Shown: piece by piece, positions 11,601 through 20,600 of the stretch | Numbering within the stretch: the stretch's first letter is position 1 | Layout of the letters: every line of letters starts with the position of its first letter | DNA from: Candidatus Methanomethylophilaceae archaeon | Lineage (GTDB): Archaea > Thermoplasmatota > Thermoplasmata > Methanomassiliicoccales > Methanomethylophilaceae | Reading direction: 5' to 3' | Assembly: GCA_050950505.1 (NCBI GenBank) | Contig: JBMNHS010000001.1 | Span: 640,001 to 704,000, forward strand | Length of the DNA: 64,000 bases | The notes under the pieces: model-generated | Databases searched by the model: none | The model's input: the letters and a program-made list of their open reading frames with translations, nothing else | What the model was told of the DNA's origin: nothing | Position numbers and translations under genes: made by a program

Positions 11601-14600
11601 TTGAAGAAAATTGTCGACCCGGAAGAAAGTACATTGAAGCTTGGCAGTAGCGACAAAACATTCACTCTCCTGGATGAGGGGTTGCTTCCCGCCCTGGTTG
11701 TCGCACTTCTTGCAGACACAACGCCCGAAGAATTCTTGCTGAACAAATTGGAAGTAAGCACCGATTACATCGCATCTCTTCTGCATAAAGACGAATATAT
11801 CCCGCTTGAAGGCAAGTTAAGCTTCAAGGTAATCGAAACTACATGCGAAGTGATTTTCAGAGATTACAACGGAAATGTGCTGAAAGAGGAAACCGTTATA
11901 TATAGAGAAGGGGCCACCCCCCCGAACAATCCCGACAATAAGAAAGGTTATCGTTTCATCGGTTGGGACACATCTTACGATTGCATATTGACAGATCTGG
12001 TAATAACCGCTCAGTATGAGATATGTCAGTACACTGTAACCTTTTACACCGACGGAGGCTCTGCAGTCGATTCGATAACAGAGGATTACGACACATCAGT
12101 GGAGGGACCGGATAACCCTGTCAGAGGCGGTTATATCTTTTACGGATGGTACAACTCCGAAGGCGAAGAGGTAACTTTCCCGTTCAATATGCCCGTCGGA
12201 GGTTTGAATCTGACTGCGATGTGGAAAATCGGAATATCCGTTCCCGTCGGTAAAGAATTGACTTACAACGGAGCGAATCAGCTCGGCGCCGACGGAGGAA
12301 CCGGATATACTTTGGAAACGGGCAAGAATCAAACCAACGTCGGTGATTACACAGTCACGGCTACGCTCAACGACGGTTACCTGTGGGTCATTCCCGGAGA
12401 AAATGGGGGTGATATGTACAGTATAGAACCTCAGGTCATTTCATGGAGCATAGTCAAAACCAAATTGACCGTAAAGGCCGACGATGTGACAGTGATATTC
12501 GGCAATGAACCTGTATACACCGTGACTTACATAGGATTGGTCGGGGATGACAGCGAATCAGCACTTGGAGGCAAGTTAACTTTCAACACGGGCTATGACG
12601 CGGATTCTAACGTTTACAAAGAAACATATGTCATAACGCCCTCCGGCCTGACTTCGCCCAACTACGACATCGAATTCATTTCCGGTACGTTGACCGTCAA
12701 TAAAATCAAGATTGATGTTCCCGCTGCAATTTCTGATTTGATTTATAACGGATCTGAACAGACAGGCGTTCTCGAAGGAGAAGGATACACCCTGACCGGC
12801 AATTACAAGGGAACCGACGCCGGCAATTATGTCGCAACCGTCACGCTTGTGAACGGTTACATATGGATTATTCCCGGAGAAAACGGCGGAGAGAACACAT
12901 ACACAGCCGATCCACAGGAAATCAACTGGAGCATAGGGCAGAAGAACATAGCCGGAGCCGTCGTCACCCTTGACGGCACGTCTCTGGTTTACACCGGATT
13001 TGCGATAAAGCCCGGAGTGACTTCTGTCACCCTTGACGGCAAGATTCTTGTGGCAGGCACGGAATACACTGTGTCTCACGGCGAGAACATCAACGTCGTA
13101 ACCGGCGGATCGGTTGTCGTCACCGGAGAAGGGAATTACACCGGAACCGTTACGGCAACCTTCGTCATAACCAAGGAGAAACTCACCCTGCCGGCGGAAA
13201 ACACGACACTGTTCATATACACCGGTAAAGAGCAAACATATGACATTTCGGGCTTCGACCCTGACACCATGGGCATCGAAAACAACACGAGAACCGAGGC
13301 CGGATTCCAAACCGTTATCGTATCCATAAAGGACAAAGCCAACTATGAATGGGCCGACGAAACGGATGACGATGTGAAATTCACGTTCACAATATCCCCG
13401 AAGGAACTGGACATCAGCGAAGAATTCGGATTGGTCGCTGTGGACCGGGTTTACAACGGAAACGATGCAGAATTCATTTTTGTGTTCATGGATAGGGTTC
13501 TTGATTACACTCTTCTGGTAAACACCGATTATACCGTGACCGTTACCGGCGTGAACGGCATCAGGGATGTCGGAACTGTGACCGTGACCGTTACCTCCGT
13601 GGATGGTAGCAATTACAGCGTGTCCGCGACCAAGGAAATCAATATCACTCCAAAAATCATTGAATTGGATCTGACCGGAGAAAACACTTCTAAAATCTAT
13701 GATGGCAAAGTTGCGGTATTCGACTTCGAATTTAATGTTAATTACCCTATATATACTCTGAAGGAAAACACAGATTACACAATTGAATTCCTCAGAGGCA
13801 GCTATGACACAACGGATTTCCTGAACGTCGGAACCATAACAGTGAACATAAAACCCGTGGACGGCAGTAATTACAGCGTGTCCGGAACCATGTCCTTTAC
13901 CATCCTTAAGGCGGAACTGACCGCGACTTATGCGGGAGAAACCGTGGAATACGGAACGACGCCCGGGCTGTTCGTTACGGTAACCGGTTTCGTCAACGGC
14001 GAAAACGAGACTGCGGCAGGATATGCCGCACCGTCGTTGATTAACACAAATGTCAACGCAGGCAAATATCAGCTGGCACCCTCCGGCGGAGAAGCCGACA
14101 ACTACACCTTCAAGTATGTTGAGGGACAACTCGAGATAACCAGAGTCAAGCTTGACAAGCCTACAGCGGATCCGACGGAATTTGTCTATACAGGCAATGT
14201 GCAAACTTACAACCCAATCGGTTTCGTCGAGAGCACCATGGGCATCGAAAACAACACGAGAACCGAGGCCGGATCCCAAACCGTTACCGTATTCATAAAG
14301 GACAAGGTCAACTACGAATGGGCTGACGGAACGAATGTCTGTGTTGCATTCGAGTCCTTCAATATCCTGAAGGCAGATTTCTCCGATTTTGAAGTCAATA
14401 TCATCGTTGATGATGAAGAACGCGTTTATGACGGAACGGCCAAGACGCCCGACGTCACCGTTAAAATTGACAGCAAAGAACTCGAGAAAGACAGGGACTA
14501 CACAGTGTCTTATGACAACAACGTCAATGCCGGAGAGGCCGCAAAGGTCATCATAACCGGTATAGGCAATTTCAAGGGATTCACGTCTGAGGTTTTCATC

Positions 14601-17600
14601 ATATCCCCGAAGGACATTTCCGTCACGGGAGCGAGCATAACCGGTAAATACACCTTTGTCGGGGAGGCCATAACGCCGAACCCCGTGTTCACGGACACTT
14701 TCGTTACCGAAAACGATTACTCCGCGACATATGACGACCCCATCAACGCAGGAACGGTTACGGTCACCATCACCGGAAAAGGAAATTATACCGGAAATAC
14801 AACCGTAACTTTCACCATAATGAAGAAAACCGTCACCGTCACTCCCAATGCGGGATTGTCCAAAATTTATGGTGATGCCGATCCCGAGCTGACTTATACG
14901 CTGGATGATGAAGACGCTCTCCCGTTCATAAAGGAAGGCACGGTTCTGTCCAGGGTCGACGGAAAGAATGTGGGTACATACGCGATACTCTTGGGAACGT
15001 TGGAGCTTTGCGGCACGGACAATTATGTCTTGGAATTCACTGTCGGAGTGACTTTCGAAATCATCCCGAAGCCACTGACGGAAGGCATGTTCGTCATAGA
15101 CAGTCAGACCTATACAGGTTCAGTCCTCACACCAATCATTATTTCCGATATCGATTGTAACGAATACACGGTCGCCGACATAAACCCTGTCGGGGCAGGT
15201 GATTACGTTGTGAGCATTTCAGCGGTGACCGACGGAAACTACTCCGGATCGGTTACGGTGAAATACACCATTGAAAAGGCAAAACTCACCAAGCCCGTGG
15301 AAGATGAAACGGTGTTTGTCTACTCCGGCAGTGAACAGATTTACGCCCCCAAGGGTTTCGATACCGGCACTATGAATATCCTCGGCAACAAGATGACCTA
15401 TGTCGGAACTCAGGATGTTACCGTTTCTATAAAGAATAAAGACAACTACGAATGGATCGATGGAACAGATGCCGGTGTAATCTTCACATTCACCATAAAA
15501 GAAAAGATTTTCGATTTCTCTGCGGCGGAAACGTCCGTCAGCGATACGAAATACACGGGATTGAGCATAACCTTCGACTTCGATGGCAAGTTTGTCGATT
15601 CAACCATTGATGAAGGATACACTCTCTTGGAGGGCAAAGATTATGTTGTGGAGTATACCGACAACAAGAATGTCGGAACCGCGACGATAACCATTACCGG
15701 CAAAGGCAACTACGAAGGAGCCGTTATTGTCAAATTTAAAATAACCCCTAAGGAAATCACCGTCACTCCCAAGTCCGGTCAAACCGTGGAATATACGGGT
15801 TACGCACCTGATGTGAAATTCGATTTCCCCGAGAGTTTCGGTACCTTTGAAGATTTCACAGGAACTCTGGACCTTGCAAAGGACGGTCAACCTGTCACTG
15901 TCTACAACGTCGGCGAGTACACCGTTGTCCTCGGAGATTTGAAGTCCACCGATCCCAACTATGAATTGGTGTTGGCAACAGGCACAGTAACATTCGAAAT
16001 AACCCCCAAGAAAATCATCGCCACTCCCGCTGCGGGTCAATCCGCAGAATACGGAACCGGTTTCAGCTTGGAATTCAGCCTTTCCGAAACAGGATTCACC
16101 GACTACGGCGGAGTTCTGGGTCTTGAAAAGGACAACAGTCCCGTCACCGTATACAATGTCGGCCAGTATGTTATCGTCATCGGAACTTTGGCGTCCACTG
16201 ACGATAATTATATGCTTATATTGGCGGAATCGCCGGTAATCTTTGAGATATTCAAGGCGGAACTCATCAAGCCTGCGAAAGGCACAACAGAGTTCATTTA
16301 CACCGGCGAGGAGCAGACCTATGACATTTCGGGATTCAATCCCGACACCATGGATATCGCTGGCAACAAGATGACCGATGCCGGATCCCAAACCGTTATC
16401 GTGTCCATAAAGGATAAGACAAATTATCAGTGGGCGGACAAAACGGAAGGCGATGTGACTTTCACATTCACTATAGGGGAGAGAAACATCTCCGATGTCA
16501 CGATAACCATCGACCCGAATGCGAATCTGACTTACACCGGACTTGTCATAGAACCCGGTATAACGGTGACGTTGGACGGAAATCCGTTCAATACATCCAA
16601 CTATAGCGTGTCCTATGCAAACAACATCAATGCGGGAACCGCAACGGTAAAAATTACTGCCAAAGGGACCAACTACGATGGAACTGCCACAAAGGATTTC
16701 GTCATATCCAAAGCGAAGCTGACGGCGACCTATGCAGGAGAGTCCGTGGAGTACGGAACAATTCCCGGTTTAGTCGTAACGGTAACCGGGTTCGTCAATA
16801 ATGAAAACGCTGGCAACGCAATGGGATATAACGCACCGAGGTTGACCAATTCAAATGTCAACGTGGGCAAATATCAACTGACGCCTTCCGACGGAGCGGC
16901 CAACAATTATTCTTTCGATTACGCCACGGGAACTCTAAGCATAATCAAGAAGAAAGTCAATGTTCTGATTGGAACTGGTCAGACTGCGGAATACACCGGA
17001 GCCGCACCGGCTATCAATTACGAACTGTCCGAAACCGTGGATACCACTGTCACCGGTACATTATCCATAGGTGAGGTTTACAATGTCGGAATTTACAATA
17101 TACTGATAGGAACGCTTGATGCCGGGTCCAACTATGAATTGGTCAGGCCGGAAACCCCTGTCACCTTTGAGATTATTCCGAAAAATATCTCCGGTGCCAC
17201 TGTTGGGGCAATACCCGATCAGACTTACACAGGATCTGCCATCATACCCGATCTTGTAGTGAAGGACGGCAGTAAGACTCTCACAGCGGGTACCGACTAC
17301 GAAGTTTCGTTCGCCGGAGGCGTTGACAATACGAATGTCGGAAACGTCGCGGTCACCGTCACCGGCATCGGTAATTACAAGGGAACGGTTGACGGAGTGA
17401 CGTTCTCCATAATTCAAAAGAACATATCCGGCGTGAATGTAACGGTAACATTCACGGATGGCGTTTATAGCGTCACCGCTATGGACGGCGATAGGACCTT
17501 AGAAGAGGATGTCGATTACGAAGTCGAAACCGCCGGAAACCCTCTGGTAAAGATAACCGTAAAGGGCAAGGGCAACTACACGGGAGAAGTATCCTTCGAG

Positions 17601-20600
17601 ATATACACAATATCATTCGTTGTTGAAAATGGAAACACAATAGCGGATATATACAATCTTCAGAAAGATGACGTTGTTACTCTCGAGAATCCCTCCAGGG
17701 AAGGTTATGAATTCACGGGATGGTATATCGATTCAGAAGGAGAAGAAGTCACAGGGAGCAATATATGGACTTTTGTCAATAAAGCAATAAACAATGTCAT
17801 AACTCTGACGGCGGTATTTGAGCCTTGCAAATATACCATAACCTTTGATTCTGCGGGAGGATCCACTGTTGATTCAATAACCCAGGACTACATGTCCAAA
17901 GTGAACGCCCCTGGCTATCCTGTCAAAACAGGTTATAATTTCGTTCATTGGAAAGATTCAGACGGAAACGAGGTAATCTTCCCCACAGCCATGCCTCTGG
18001 GCGGCATGAAACTTACTGCTGTCTGGTCAATCAACCAATACACCATAACCTTTGACACCGACGGAGGCTCCACAGTCGATTCGATAACCCAGGATTACGG
18101 CACGACAATCGATTCTCTCAATGACCCGACAAAGGAAGGATACACCTTTGCAGGATGGTACCCTATCGTGCCGGCAACCATGCCCGCGAATAACTTTACG
18201 ATAACAGCCTTATGGACCGTCAACCAATACACTATAGAGCTCAATCCCGCAGATGGATTCGTTATCGAAGATGGTGATGGATCTTATACTGTCAAAGGCA
18301 GTTATACCGACAACAGTATAGTAAAAGACGTTATAAATGAAATTCTGAGTGTAAGCATTCATTGCAACGATATCGACATATCAGATGTTTTCGATATCAG
18401 TTATTATGACATGAGCGGTAATGAAATCTTTGTTCTGGACTTATCCAAGGGCGGGACGACATTCATGATTCGGTTGAAGGCAACCCCGGATTCGAACGAA
18501 CACAGTTCATTCGGATGTTGGGTGATTTTCAAATACGGCTCGGTAACAATCGGCAAAGAAAGTACTGATTACTTAACCATCGAGGATGCTTTGGAACAAG
18601 CGAGTTCCGACCAGACGATAATCGTCAAATACAACACATCCTTTGCCGATGAGGATGTAGCTCTTCAGGTTTATGGCAAGACTGTATTTGAAGTGGGAAG
18701 CGGAGTTACATTGTTGTTGCCTTATGACGGTAATCTAAGAAGTGATTTCACCGATGCAAAATTAGATGCAGAAGCAGGGGAAGCGACAACACCTTCCAAA
18801 CGTGATGTTGCCTATGTAAAATTGAACGTACCCGAATCGATTTCTCTTGATGTTTCCGGAACACTTACCGTAAATGCGAAAAGAACACACAGTTCCACGG
18901 CTTACCAGAACATTGTATCAGGTAAAAATTATTCAGAATTAATACTGAATAGTGGCAGTAGGTTAAACATCGAACAATATGGTGTCCTTAACGCCATTGG
19001 TTTTATTTACGGAGACGGTCACATCAAAGCATCAGGGGGAGCAACCGTGCTCGAGACCATGCTCATAAGTAGTTTTAGGGGAGGGTCCGCATCACTTAGT
19101 TTAGGACTTGGCGGAAAAGTGTTTCCATTTGAACAATTCACTATTATAAATATAGAGTCTGATTTGATAATCGAGGAGGATGCCGTGTATAAAGCGCATA
19201 TATTCGTTTATGCAAGTAGTAAGTACACCGGTTCAGATGTGGATTTGATAGGCAACGGCGCCGATAGCATGTTATGTCTTTCCGAGGGACACATATTAAA
19301 AAAGTTTGATGCCGCAACCGGGAATTTGACGCTTGAGGTGGAAGGCACATGCAATTTACAAGATATTAATGCCAACGGTTTCTCTTCCAGCGGTCTTAAT
19401 CTACCCTTTGATGGCAGATGGCATATCGTTGTTAAGAGTGGCAGCGTTCTCAATATAAATTCTGAAGTCAGCTTACTGCCCGGTGCTTCTGTAGTGGTGG
19501 AAGCGGATTCGGTAGTCAATATCAATGGCGGTTTGATCGTGTTCAATCCGTATGAGTACATATATGCGGATAACAAAACATATAATGAATTCCCTACGCC
19601 CAATGCTTCACATTGGTATCGGATACAGCCCACATTAGGATATAAGAGCGACACGTCTGCCAAATTAGAGGTTTATGGTCAGCTCAATGTGAACAAAGAC
19701 GGATACATAGCAGGCAAAGTAGACGTAATGGCAGACGACGTTCTGAACATAGAAGAAGGTGCTGAAACTTCCAAGTATATTTGGTATGTAGGGGAAGTAA
19801 GTACTGTCTTCGAAAGAGCAGTAAAGTTATGGCTGGATGAAACCTATACCATAAGTGTTACCGTTGATAATCCTACTACAAAGGTAGATGAGACATTTTC
19901 CGCGGTTGTTACCGCTTTAGTAAAAAGCAAGTATGGTACACCCATTGCCAATAAGTCTGTTTCTTTCAGATTGCCCGGTGACGATACGGTATATTACGCC
20001 ACTACAGATGGCAAGGGTTATGCAAAAATAACCCTCGAAGTAACCCCATCAGAGAGTGGGTATTGCATCATTCGTGTAGATGTTGACGATAGTTTTGCTG
20101 AGGGTATTATAGAAGTAACGAAGTCCTCGGGTGGTGGCGGTAGTTGTTTATCACCAGACACACTCATAACTTTAGCCGATGGGACTCAAAAGCCCGTCGA
20201 GGAACTTACCGGAGACGAACTTCTGCTGGTTTGGAATATGAATACCGGTACATTTGATGTCGCGCCCATCATATTCGTAGATTCCGATCCTCACGCAGAG
20301 TATGAAATCATTCAGGTGAATTTCTCTGACGGAACGTATGTAAAAGTCATATACGAACACGGGTTCTGGGACTTCGATCTGAACCGGTACGTGTACATAA
20401 ACGACGACTGTCCGCAACAGTACATAGGACACTGGTTTAACAAACAAACCACGGACGCGGACGGAAATTTCGCGTGGACAAAGGTTCAGCTTGTTGACGT
20501 CGTGATTTATACGGAGTACACGACCGCATGGAGTCCGGTCACCGCCGAACATTTGTGCTATTACACAAACGGGATGCTGTCTATGCCGGGCGGCATCGCG

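Noticed and set aside
20145-20585. Classical intein or polymorphic-toxin pretoxin Hint
   Set aside because: No terminal His-Asn plus nucleophile, no homing endonuclease, no recognisable toxin domain in the tail and no downstream immunity ORF before tRNA-Tyr.
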